Below, one piece after another: positions 41,901-50,407 of a stretch of DNA of 64,000 bases. The notes beneath the pieces were generated by a model that was given only the letters and a program-made list of their open reading frames with translations, had not been told where the DNA came from and ran no database searches. The first letter of the stretch is position 1; each line of letters starts with the position of its first letter. The stretch lies in the NCBI GenBank assembly GCA_038861545.1, contig JAWCCZ010000001.1, forward strand, positions 96,001-160,000, in the 5' to 3' direction. The position numbers and the translations under genes were made by a program. Origin of the DNA: Thermofilaceae archaeon (GTDB lineage Archaea; Thermoproteota; Thermoprotei; Thermofilales; Thermofilaceae).

Positions 41901-42156
41901 ACAACATAGTTTACTTATAAGAGAGTTACTAACTTTGTCCCTCAGGCTTGAGTCCTTCGTCAGTCAGTTAAGGGATGAGATCAGGAAGTTGGAAATTGAA
42001 ATTGAAAAACATAGAGTAGCATATGAACTAGGAGAGATGAAAGAGGAAGAATATAGGAAGATTATTGAACCATTGAAGGCTCAACTTGATGAATATAAAG
42101 ATAGAATTAGAACTATCGAGGAAATCAATGAGTTCTTAGCTTCTCGGCGTAGATAG
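38902..42156 (+). CDS. FtsX/MacB-type permease with large ectodomain and C-terminal CdvA-like coiled coil
   Basis: LAVRYIKAKRLRSIL, VVEGRLP...EVVVS..L...LRVGE, EDRRRDMYVIATLGANP...MMTEA, AYIPSRRVS; tail HRVAYELGEMKEEEY; ATGA overlap. Confidence 0.85.
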   Translation: MKGFALLLVILAFTVIVVAEPQTRFLVVVKEYPKNEPVKGVMLNMTLQVDAKTYRFSIITNQVGAWGTQLASVPREVYLVDLSFSPANYTGYSYLNPSIPIRVADSLIEELDYRAMFDRSLNTTLFTGLRIPLQITQEGNLTILRCVIWLTPGKLVNVSMLDPMTRKPAMLTIKPGVPVTGRLFWSTYLLPIGYPVLLTATTPIAGAKELRVWITNDTKTLPWTYYAAEALIENQLREVMDLLRQLESIGYYTEDMRLDVDALKAVAQQTLFLFKQGNYTSAIGATLSLVNGASSLKSRVNSLFSYSHLAALGIIILTLAFAHTFSLLMFERGRKLHVLRFILLLILLSFSTATSSTIRLAAASLLGTLGVPLAILDVPTLIAATVVMGFLAYAIFLLLSFVAGPVRGFWLYLAVRYIKAKRLRSILILATMILVIASTLAVSGFTLGSTVIRKEWLGAGFKGLDVEVNLIRKPYGLNSSEIEWLIFSTDAVDIGRMAIIPERYPGVLLATREGTVGSSIITNLVAIDIKFAIKNFNLSAHVVEGRLPRDGEPEVVVSKTLSNILRVGESIWIFFAQPSVQGPPIPAGPVWDAPVKVVGFFDPLSLNSTLDPELRPLFGDYPSVTLMLIAPYNPLANRLSTSRVWLISENSTAVDLTARLTLASLPATVHILQGKRVITYERATQFSFKGTETILLLTIAALMNAAAMLGHAEDRRRDMYVIATLGANPKNLFYAMMTEATIIGVVSSYIGWAVAPLIIYVSSLLVMLTGATPISFTPLPVESLFYATAVGLAVVVISAYIPSRRVSGLSRMGREERKVISSSELKLVDGMAVYELPIRVSVFESEALYRYLKEILPKKDILNEELYLDGTFAFAFAFFPPHMRGSMVTCRLRTTKRGDSLTLLLEVPEEFRRYMYLSDVIYALENKLLDYSKWRDSQFRYQILRYAPRREAPTLDSLLERGREAMIKAREMELKLRRLDEMKATISASLYADYEKKYKRQHSLLIRELLTLSLRLESFVSQLRDEIRKLEIEIEKHRVAYELGEMKEEEYRKIIEPLKAQLDEYKDRIRTIEEINEFLASRRR

Positions 42157-42391
42157 TAATTTTTAAATATATTTTACCGAAAACTTTATTAATTTATTCT
42201 TTAATCATATTTTTAACTATCACGCGTTTTAACTATTTGTTTAAGTCTTTATGTATTAAAGTACATTAAAATTCTCTGCATCTATAGAGATTCTTAAGTT
42301 AATTGTGCCAGTAATGTAGCGGGTTTTAGTCCACTATGCAGCTCTCGGAGAGCAGTGCTTTCCACCGCGTGTGACATTGTCAAGTTCTCGG

Positions 42392-43513
42392 TTAAAGGTT
42401 TTTTATCAAAGTGTGCGCGAAGACATCAAAGACCCAAGCAGTATCATTGGGTCCAGGAGATGCTTCAGGGTGGAACTGCACCCCCAAAATTTTTCGTTCA
42501 AGATTGATTATACCCTCGACTGACTTGTCGTCAGCGTTAATAAACCATATCTCGACCCCACTTTCTTTGAGACTGTTCATGTCAACTGCGTAGCCGTGGT
42601 TCTGAGACGTGACGAAGCAGCGCCCGGTTTTTAAGTCGATACAAGGTTTATTAGAACCCCTATGACCGTAACGTAGCTTGTATGTAGAGGCTCCTAACGC
42701 AAGGGAAATTATCTGATGTCCTAAACATATTCCTAGAAGAGGATATCGGTATTCGACAAGCGCTTTCACTTTCTCGACTAAATCGTTTAGTAGCTCAGGG
42801 TTGCCAGGTCCATTGCTGATTACAATGCCAGCAGGGGCTAATTCATCCACTTTATCAGCTGGAGTATTGTAAGGGAGAAGCATGACGTCGAAACCTTTAG
42901 CCAGTAATGAGCGCAAGATCCCATGTTTTACGCCACAGTCGAGAACTGCTATGAGGCTCCTGCCCCCTTCACCATAGAAAACAGGCTTTTCTACAGAAAC
43001 TTTCTTAACGAAGTTTACTTTATCATAGTTCATACTTTTTATGATTTCGAAAAGGTTAGTCAAATCTAAATCCTCATCTTCCTCGTACACAGCTAGAGCT
43101 CCGACGGTTACTCCTTCTTCTCTAAGCTTCGCTGCCAACCCTCTAGTGTCTACTCCCCATATCCCCGGAACTTCTTCCTGCTCGAGCCACTCCACGAAAC
43201 TTCTATTCAACGCCCAGTGACTCGGCTTAAAGCAAGGCTCGTGCACCACTACTCCCTCAACTTTGATGCCACTTGACTCAAAATGCAAAGGTAATCCATA
43301 CTTGTCTGAAATCTCATAAGGAGGAACCCCATAGTTACCGATTAACGGGTACGTGAAAACCAAGATTTGGCCAGCGTAAGATGGATCGGTTAATGATTCC
43401 GTGTAACCAACCATGCTAGTAGTGAAAACCACTTCTCCAACTACTATGCGGGGAGCTCCAAATCCTCGACCCCATATAACTGTTCCATCTTTTAAAACCA
43501 GGACAGCTTTCAT
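42392..43513 (-). CDS. carA: Carbamoyl-phosphate synthase small subunit
   Basis: GEVVFTT.MVGY.ESLTDPSY.GQI, SNGPGNP, GICLGHQ, GHRG.N, SQNHGY, QFHPEASPGP. Confidence 0.97.
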   Translation of the reverse strand: MKAVLVLKDGTVIWGRGFGAPRIVVGEVVFTTSMVGYTESLTDPSYAGQILVFTYPLIGNYGVPPYEISDKYGLPLHFESSGIKVEGVVVHEPCFKPSHWALNRSFVEWLEQEEVPGIWGVDTRGLAAKLREEGVTVGALAVYEEDEDLDLTNLFEIIKSMNYDKVNFVKKVSVEKPVFYGEGGRSLIAVLDCGVKHGILRSLLAKGFDVMLLPYNTPADKVDELAPAGIVISNGPGNPELLNDLVEKVKALVEYRYPLLGICLGHQIISLALGASTYKLRYGHRGSNKPCIDLKTGRCFVTSQNHGYAVDMNSLKESGVEIWFINADDKSVEGIINLERKILGVQFHPEASPGPNDTAWVFDVFAHTLIKNL

Positions 43514-43522
43514 GGTACCACC

Positions 43523-46500
43523 TTATAACGGTTCAACACTAAACTCGCTGCAGTCCAAGTACTCCTTCAGGGACCTTGTTAACATAAGCGCTAGTTGAGC
43601 ATCGAGCACGAGAGGTACTCCAAAATCAGCGCACATTCTTCTAGTGGTGTAATCCCACTCTCCATCGCCTAGAGCTATCGTCAAATCCACGTGACCACTT
43701 TTTATAAGCTCAACTATACTGTCAACCAATTCGCTATCAGAGCTCGGTGAAGAATTAATCACTACCGGCTCGTACCCTAGCTCCGTTAAATTCTTCACCA
43801 GATCGCTTAAAAGTTTTTGAGAGTTTCCATCAGATAAAATTAATACCTTAGAGTTCTTTCCCGGCAGCTTGTTGGGCTGCGCCGCTAGCCACGACTTCAA
43901 GAAGGCATCGTAAAGTGAACGACCCAGAGCAGCCACCTCACCAGTTGACCTCATCTCAACGCTTAATAGTGGATAAGCCCCCCGAATACGAGTCCATGAA
44001 AACTGAGGAGTTTTTACGCCCCAGCGCTGAGCTGGAGGCTCGTAAAACTCATATGGAAAATTAAGTTTCCCACCTAGAATAACCTCGGCTACGTTTTCCA
44101 TTAAGTTCATACCTTTTACCTTGGATGTGAAAGGCATAGATCTAGAAGCTCTTAGATTACATTCTATTACATACACTTCGTCGTCCTTAACTAGGAATTG
44201 AATGTTTACAGGACCTTTTACGGATAAAGCTCTACAAATCGCCAGTGTATACTTTTTAATTTTCCCTATAGTAGTCGGCGACAGCGAGAAAGGCGGTATA
44301 ACCATAGTAGCATCTCCTGAGTGGACACCCGCTGATTCAACATGTTCAATAACAGCGCCAATTAGGACTTTCTCTCCATCGGAAACACAATCTACTTCTG
44401 CCTCTTTTGCTTCTTGGACGAATTTGCTAACTACAAGACCTTTAACGAGCGAGTTACGGTTTACTTCACTTAGGTACTCCATTAATTCTCTTTCATCATG
44501 GAGAACGCGCATACCTAATCCTGAAAGCACATATGAGGGCCTGATTATAACTGGAAACCCTACTTCTCGGCAGAATGACCTCACTTCCTCTGGGTCCTCA
44601 GTTTCTTTCCAAGGGGGCTGAGGTATACTTAAGCTGTCAAGCAGTGAGCTGAACTTTCTTCTATCCTCTGCCGTATCAACGGCTGTTCCACTAGGTCCAA
44701 GAATCTTGACGCCTTGTTTTTCTAGAGGTAAAGCTAGGTTATTCGCTATTTGACCTCCAACACAAGTTACAACTCCGGCAAGGTTTTCAAACTCGCATAT
44801 GTCTAGAACCCGCTCAAGTGTTAACTCCTCGAAATAAAGGCGGTCGGCTATATCCCAATCAGTAGATACTGTTTCTGGGTTGTAGTTCACTACTACCACA
44901 TCTCCATTCCATCTTCTTTTAAGCGATTGAACTAACTGGACTACGCACCAATCAAATTCAACAGATACTCCGATACGAAAAACGCCAGCGCCGAGCACCG
45001 CAATTCCACTGTTAGAGGGTTTTACATCATGTTCAGAGCCGCCGTATGTAACATAGAGGTACTTAGTCTTCGCTGGCCATTCAGCAGCAAGCGTGTCAAC
45101 GCACTTCACAACGGGGAGAATATAATGTTTTTTCCTGAAAGCTCTTACTCTTTCCTCCCCTACCTTCATACATGCAGCAATCTGTTTGTCAGAGAAGCCA
45201 AGGCGTTTAGCTTCCTTGATTAGCTGGATAACCTCTTCGCTCTCGGTTAAACGGCCTAAAGCCTTCAGCTTTCTCTCCACCTTAACTAGGTTTTCGATTT
45301 TATGCAGGTACCATGGATCTATACCTGTAAGCTCATAAATTTCGTTAAGCGGCATCTCAGCTTTTATGGCATCCACGATGTCAAAAATCCTGTAAGGCCT
45401 TGGTTCGGAAAGTGCTTTTCTCAGCTCATCCAATGATCGCTTTTTCTGACTCACAGTATTCGCGACAACTCCCTCTAGGCCAAGATCGAGCATCCTAACG
45501 GCTTTCTGTATCGCTTCTTCGAAGCACCTACCTATGGCCATGACTTCACCAATGCTGCGCATTTCAGTTCCTATTAACTCGTGAGCCCTTGGAAACTTAG
45601 AGAAATCCCAGCGGGGCATTTTCACTACAATATAGTCAAGCGCTGGCTCAAAATGCGCAACTGTTACTCCGGTCACGCTGTTGACTAATTCGGGAAGCGT
45701 GTAGCCGAGCGCGATTTTAGCCGCAACGTAGGCTAAGGGGTAGCCTGTCGCCTTGCTCGCAAGGGCGCTGCTTCTAGACATCCTGGGGTTTGTCTCTATA
45801 ACGTAAAATTCTTCAGACCTCGGATTCAAAGCCAGCTGCACGTTGCATTCGCCAACGACGCCAACAGCCCTTGCGACTGCAAGTGATGCGTTTCTCAACG
45901 CCTGGTATTCTCTGTTCGTAAGCGTCTGGGAAGGCGCTACAACTATAGAATCCCCTGTGTGAACCCCCATTGGGTCTACGTTCTCCAAACAAGCAACAGC
46001 AACAGCATTGTCAACGGCGTCTCTAATAACTTCGAACTCTATTTCCTTCCACTTCTCCAGATAGCGCTCAACGAGGACCTGCTTTACAGGCGATTGAATA
46101 AGCGCTTTATCCACGCGCTCAATTAATTCAGCCTTATTACGAGCAACGAATGAACCAGCACCACCCAAGTTGAATGCAACTCTTACCATTACAGGGTAGC
46201 CGATCTTTTCGGCGACTTCTAATGCTCTCTTCCTTGAATTCACAGCTTCAGAGGGAGGTACAGGAATCCCGTGTATGAGCATTGTCGCACGGAAGAGGTC
46301 TCGGTTACTGGCTCTGACTATGCTTTCCACTGGTGTACCGAGCACTTTGACACCATACTTGTCGAGAACCCCATGTTTCGCAAGCTCAACGCCACAGTTT
46401 AAAGCAGCCTGTCCTCCAAATCCCAGTAAAATGCAATCGGGCCTCTCTTTCTCGATGACTTTTTCAACGAATTCGGATTGGACCGGCAGCAGGTAAATTT

Positions 46501-46684
46501 TATCTGCCATTTCCTTTGAAGTCTGAATCGTAGCTACATTCGGGTTTACTAGAACCACTTCGATATCTTCTTCCTTAAGAGCTTTAATGGCTTGAGAGCC
46601 GCTGTAATCGAACTCTGCAGCTTCGGCTATTTTGATAGCACCTGACCCCAGCAGGAGCGCTTTCTTTACAGTGAACCTTGACAT
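43523..46684 (-). CDS. carB: Carbamoyl-phosphate synthase large subunit
   Basis: GSGAIKIAEAAEFDYSG, GVHTGDS, SRSSALASKATGYP, IGVSVEFDW, GVHSGDA, MRSTGEV; start ATG 46684. Confidence 0.97.
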   Translation of the reverse strand: MSRFTVKKALLLGSGAIKIAEAAEFDYSGSQAIKALKEEDIEVVLVNPNVATIQTSKEMADKIYLLPVQSEFVEKVIEKERPDCILLGFGGQAALNCGVELAKHGVLDKYGVKVLGTPVESIVRASNRDLFRATMLIHGIPVPPSEAVNSRKRALEVAEKIGYPVMVRVAFNLGGAGSFVARNKAELIERVDKALIQSPVKQVLVERYLEKWKEIEFEVIRDAVDNAVAVACLENVDPMGVHTGDSIVVAPSQTLTNREYQALRNASLAVARAVGVVGECNVQLALNPRSEEFYVIETNPRMSRSSALASKATGYPLAYVAAKIALGYTLPELVNSVTGVTVAHFEPALDYIVVKMPRWDFSKFPRAHELIGTEMRSIGEVMAIGRCFEEAIQKAVRMLDLGLEGVVANTVSQKKRSLDELRKALSEPRPYRIFDIVDAIKAEMPLNEIYELTGIDPWYLHKIENLVKVERKLKALGRLTESEEVIQLIKEAKRLGFSDKQIAACMKVGEERVRAFRKKHYILPVVKCVDTLAAEWPAKTKYLYVTYGGSEHDVKPSNSGIAVLGAGVFRIGVSVEFDWCVVQLVQSLKRRWNGDVVVVNYNPETVSTDWDIADRLYFEELTLERVLDICEFENLAGVVTCVGGQIANNLALPLEKQGVKILGPSGTAVDTAEDRRKFSSLLDSLSIPQPPWKETEDPEEVRSFCREVGFPVIIRPSYVLSGLGMRVLHDERELMEYLSEVNRNSLVKGLVVSKFVQEAKEAEVDCVSDGEKVLIGAVIEHVESAGVHSGDATMVIPPFSLSPTTIGKIKKYTLAICRALSVKGPVNIQFLVKDDEVYVIECNLRASRSMPFTSKVKGMNLMENVAEVILGGKLNFPYEFYEPPAQRWGVKTPQFSWTRIRGAYPLLSVEMRSTGEVAALGRSLYDAFLKSWLAAQPNKLPGKNSKVLILSDGNSQKLLSDLVKNLTELGYEPVVINSSPSSDSELVDSIVELIKSGHVDLTIALGDGEWDYTTRRMCADFGVPLVLDAQLALMLTRSLKEYLDCSEFSVEPL

Positions 46685-46820
46685 AGACGAACACCAAAGA
46701 CGAGAAAACAACGAAGGATTGATGTTAACCATTGATGTTTTTCCGTTTCAATGCTGAGCAAGACCCTAGCCAGGCCTGCTCAGATCCTGTTTAAAAAAAT
46801 TTCGTTTAACTAAAATTTAT

Positions 46821-47645
46821 TCAATAGATAAATCTTTGTAAAAATTTCCTTGCTAGAATTAAACCTTCTTCATACTTGAAAAACGGGTCCTCTTGTTCAA
46901 TACTTATCGCGTAATTGTAACCATGCCTCCTCAACACAGAAAAGAATTTACTCCAATCTAGTTGCCCAAAGCCCGGCAACCTATGGGGGCACCAGCCTCC
47001 AGCCGTAATTCCTACTTCACGAATACGCTCCCAATTTATTTCTGCATCTTTGGCGTGAACATGGTAAATACGTCGACCAAACTCGTCTGCTGTCTTAATA
47101 GGATCAATCATTTGGCAGATAAGGTGGCTGGGGTCGAACTCTAGCCCAAGGTTAGGCGATCTAAGCTCTTCAAATACAATGCGCCAGATGTCTGGTCTAT
47201 ACATGACATTGCCGGGGCAGTTTTCAATAGCGATTTTTACTCCGTAGTCCTCAGCTTTCTTCAATATCGGAGGCCAAACTTTCTTTGCCTCCTCGATGCT
47301 CTCATCAATACCTCCAGGGTGAGTGCCAAGCCAACCGGTGACCACAGTTTTCTCTAGCTTGTACGTAGCTTCAAGCAGTCTGACAAAGTGTTCAGTATGT
47401 ATTTTTCGGACAGATGCATCAGGATGAAGGGGATTTCCATAAAAGCCGAAGGCACTAATACATATTCCGCTTTCTCCCTCAAGATCTAAGAGTAAACGGG
47501 GGTTGTTGAGGATTTCACTAAGGTCAATAAACTTTGAGTCGGGCGGCAGAGCTATACTTATTGACTGGAAGCCATGAACACGAGCCCACTCCATAGTAGT
47601 TTTCAAATCTCCGAGCTGTCCACTAGTTAAGAAACCCAACATCAT
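46821..47645 (-). CDS. Sugar phosphate isomerase/epimerase (AP endonuclease 2 TIM barrel)
   Basis: GNPLHPD, IAIENCP, GLEFDPSH, HVHAKD, RLPGFG.LDW, ISIEQED. Confidence 0.9.
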   Translation of the reverse strand: MMLGFLTSGQLGDLKTTMEWARVHGFQSISIALPPDSKFIDLSEILNNPRLLLDLEGESGICISAFGFYGNPLHPDASVRKIHTEHFVRLLEATYKLEKTVVTGWLGTHPGGIDESIEEAKKVWPPILKKAEDYGVKIAIENCPGNVMYRPDIWRIVFEELRSPNLGLEFDPSHLICQMIDPIKTADEFGRRIYHVHAKDAEINWERIREVGITAGGWCPHRLPGFGQLDWSKFFSVLRRHGYNYAISIEQEDPFFKYEEGLILARKFLQRFIY

Positions 47646-47734
47646 GCTGCTTCAGGAAGAAACGTTAAACTATCTAATAAGCCTGCGTGCGGTTAACCGC
47701 TAGCTTTATTCAAGGCTGTTTTTTACTCTTATTT

Positions 47735-48184
47735 GTGACGGTTAAAGTCTACGTTGGTTCCGATGAATCTTACCATATTGCTAAATTCGTGGCTAACTAT
47801 CTTCGATTAAAAGGCTTCGAAGTTATCGAGGCTGGAGCTTTGAGGAAAGATAAGCCCGTACCATGGCCGGATGTCGCTTTTGAGGTTGCCGAAGCTGTAT
47901 CGAGCGGCGTGGCCGCCTTTGGGGTATTAGTATGTTACACCGGTACAGGAGTTTCAATAGCGGCCAATAAGGTCAATGGGGTTCGGGCAGCGCTTTGTGT
48001 CGATGCACAAACCGCACGGGGGGCTAGGCTGTGGAATGATGCTAACATACTTGCGCTAAGTGCTAGATTAGCGAGCGAGGAATTGGCTAAGGAAATAATT
48101 GATGCTTGGCTTTCGGTCAACGAACCAGATCCCAGCGAGGTCGACAACATTAGGAAGGTTGAACGTTATGAAAGGGAGACCTGA
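47735..48184 (+). CDS. RpiB/LacA/LacB family sugar-phosphate isomerase
   Basis: GSD, CYTGTGVSIAANKV.GVRAAL, ARLWNDANIL; start GTG 47735. Confidence 0.9.
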   Translation: MTVKVYVGSDESYHIAKFVANYLRLKGFEVIEAGALRKDKPVPWPDVAFEVAEAVSSGVAAFGVLVCYTGTGVSIAANKVNGVRAALCVDAQTARGARLWNDANILALSARLASEELAKEIIDAWLSVNEPDPSEVDNIRKVERYERET

Positions 48185-48247
48185 GCATAAAAATTATTGT
48201 TTTTGGATTTAGTATGTATTTTTTAACTTCAATTGTAAAGGGTTGAT

Positions 48248-49033
48248 GTGAAAGTAGTAGTGACAAACGATGACGGGATCGGGTGCCCCGGGTTACGAGT
48301 ACTCTACGAAGCGGTTGCACCACTCGGGGAAGCAATAATAATAGCTCCGGTAGAGGCTAGGTCAGCACGCGGCGGCGTCCTCACGCTGGAAGAGCCTATA
48401 CGGGTCTACGAGATGAAAACTCACGGTGTTGTCGCGTATGGCATCACTGGTTCCCCTCGGGACGTCGTTCATGTCGCTAGAGAGGTACTTGGCGGCGTAG
48501 ATATACTGGTAGCAGGCGTTAATGTGGGAGAGAACACCAGCATTCAAAATATCCTTGTCTCAGGCACGGTAGGTGCAGCCGCAGAGGCTGCGCTATTTAG
48601 CATACCCGCGGCCGCGTTTTCCGCTGACGTGGATAATCCCTTGGCTTTTCTTGATGAAAGGTACACTGATTTTGTAACTAAGGTGATAAGAGCAGTTGTT
48701 ACCTACATGGCTTCAAGGAAACTGCCGGCAGGAATCGATCTAATTAACGTAAATATCCCCCGCGTATTCAAGGGCTTAGTGAAGGTGGCGCCCCCGGCTA
48801 GATTAAGGTACATTGAGCGACTAGAGAGACGAGTCGATCCACGAGGGAGACCATACTTTTGGCTTTATGGCGAGGCCGCAGTACCTGAGCAAGGTACAGA
48901 TTCCTATGTACTTTTCGTCGAGAAGGGTGTATCTTTGACGCCTTTAAGCCTGAACTTGGGAATCAATACAACTTACCTACTTCAAGATTTAGCTGTAGAG
49001 GTAGAGAAGGTAATTCGTAATGCGAAAATTTAA
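48248..49033 (+). CDS. surE: 5'/3'-nucleotidase SurE
   Basis: VTNDDGI..PGL, GVNVGEN, SGTVGAA, DPRGRPYFW, SLTPL. Confidence 0.93.
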   Translation: MKVVVTNDDGIGCPGLRVLYEAVAPLGEAIIIAPVEARSARGGVLTLEEPIRVYEMKTHGVVAYGITGSPRDVVHVAREVLGGVDILVAGVNVGENTSIQNILVSGTVGAAAEAALFSIPAAAFSADVDNPLAFLDERYTDFVTKVIRAVVTYMASRKLPAGIDLINVNIPRVFKGLVKVAPPARLRYIERLERRVDPRGRPYFWLYGEAAVPEQGTDSYVLFVEKGVSLTPLSLNLGINTTYLLQDLAVEVEKVIRNAKI

Positions 49034-49058
49034 ACCAGCATAAATTCCTCTCGCGACG

Positions 49059-49919
49059 ATGAGTACCCACTACAAGATTGAAAAATTATTGTTAGCCTCG
49101 ATACTCGGAAACGCAGTAGTATGCAGTGTGAAAATTCTCGGAGGTTTAATTTCTGGTAGCACAGCTTTGCTTGCTGACGGTAGCGATTCTCTACTCAACG
49201 TAGTAAGCGGCGTAATAGCTTACAAATCATTTTGCGAAGCTGGGAAGCCTCCAGATGAAGAACATCCCTACGGTCACTCAAAGTTCGAGATTTACGGCTC
49301 TATGCTAATACTTGTTTTTATGGTTGCCACATTCTCCTTCGTGGGTTTCATAGCCGTTGATAGGCTTTTACATGGACTTCCCGAGACGATTAACCCGATT
49401 GGAGTATTATTTGCGAGTATATCGTTAAGTATGAATTTTATAGTTTCTGGTTTACTAAAATTATGGGGGCGAGAAAGCCCAGTAGCTGTAACTGAATCCC
49501 GTCACGTAACTTTAGACGTAGTGGAAGGAATCGTTACGCTAGCGGGTGTGTCGCTGGGGGCTACCCTTTCCTCCGCATATGATGCGGTTGCCGCGTTTAT
49601 ACTACTAGTTTTAGTGACAATTTTTGTTTCAAGGACTCTTCGCGAGCTGAGGAAGGAAGTGTTAGATACAAGCCCGCCGAGTGTGTTTATCCAAGATATC
49701 GAAGAAGTTTTGAGCAGCATATCAGGAGTTGTGGGTTTTCACGATCTGCGAGCCAGGGTGTCTGCTGGACGAGTTTACGCAGATGTTCATCTAGTAGTTG
49801 AGGGGAACGTTAGCGTAGAGAAAGCCCATGAGATCTGTGATACAATAGAAAGAAAGCTAAAAGATAGATTTAATGATAAAATCGATATAATCATTCATGT
49901 TGAACCTATGAATAGTTAG
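49059..49919 (+). CDS. Cation diffusion facilitator (FieF-like)
   Basis: SGSTALLADG, PPDEEHPYGHSKFE, HDLRAR, AHEICD, IIHVEP. Confidence 0.92.
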   Translation: MSTHYKIEKLLLASILGNAVVCSVKILGGLISGSTALLADGSDSLLNVVSGVIAYKSFCEAGKPPDEEHPYGHSKFEIYGSMLILVFMVATFSFVGFIAVDRLLHGLPETINPIGVLFASISLSMNFIVSGLLKLWGRESPVAVTESRHVTLDVVEGIVTLAGVSLGATLSSAYDAVAAFILLVLVTIFVSRTLRELRKEVLDTSPPSVFIQDIEEVLSSISGVVGFHDLRARVSAGRVYADVHLVVEGNVSVEKAHEICDTIERKLKDRFNDKIDIIIHVEPMNS

Positions 49920-50058
49920 CTTTTAAATGATTTTACTACCTCATGATAATATTATTATATTGTAATAAGAAAAATAATTAACTAAAATTTTTAAATATTC
50001 TAACCTAATTTTATCATGTCAGGCGATATGCTTAAAACGGCTTGATACGGGTACGCGT

Positions 50059-50340
50059 GTGAGTATTCCCCAAATCCCCGAGGATGTAAAGAGATTTCTA
50101 GAAGAAGCTAGGAAAAGGGGGTATTCTGTGAGGAAAATCGCTGTAGCTAAGGTCCCCTTCGAAAAGTATTACTTTTTTGAGAATGGTGAGTACATAGGTG
50201 AAGTTGGAGAGGAGATCGCACTCGAAACTGACATAATAATGTGCCATGATGACTTGTGTGTACTATTTGTTGAAGATGAACCCGTGCTTGTTATGGAGAG
50301 AACTGGACAAAAGGGAATAAAGGAATTTAAAGAGCTTTAG
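50059..50340 (+). CDS. Small acidic hypothetical protein
   Basis: 93-aa ORF with TATA-like CTTAAAA about 25 nt upstream. Confidence 0.65.
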   Translation: MSIPQIPEDVKRFLEEARKRGYSVRKIAVAKVPFEKYYFFENGEYIGEVGEEIALETDIIMCHDDLCVLFVEDEPVLVMERTGQKGIKEFKEL

Positions 50341-50407
50341 CTCTAAGTTTAGTCTTTTTCACTAAATCAAACCAAGGTTAATATTTAAGCTAGGGCACTG
50401 CAACTAT

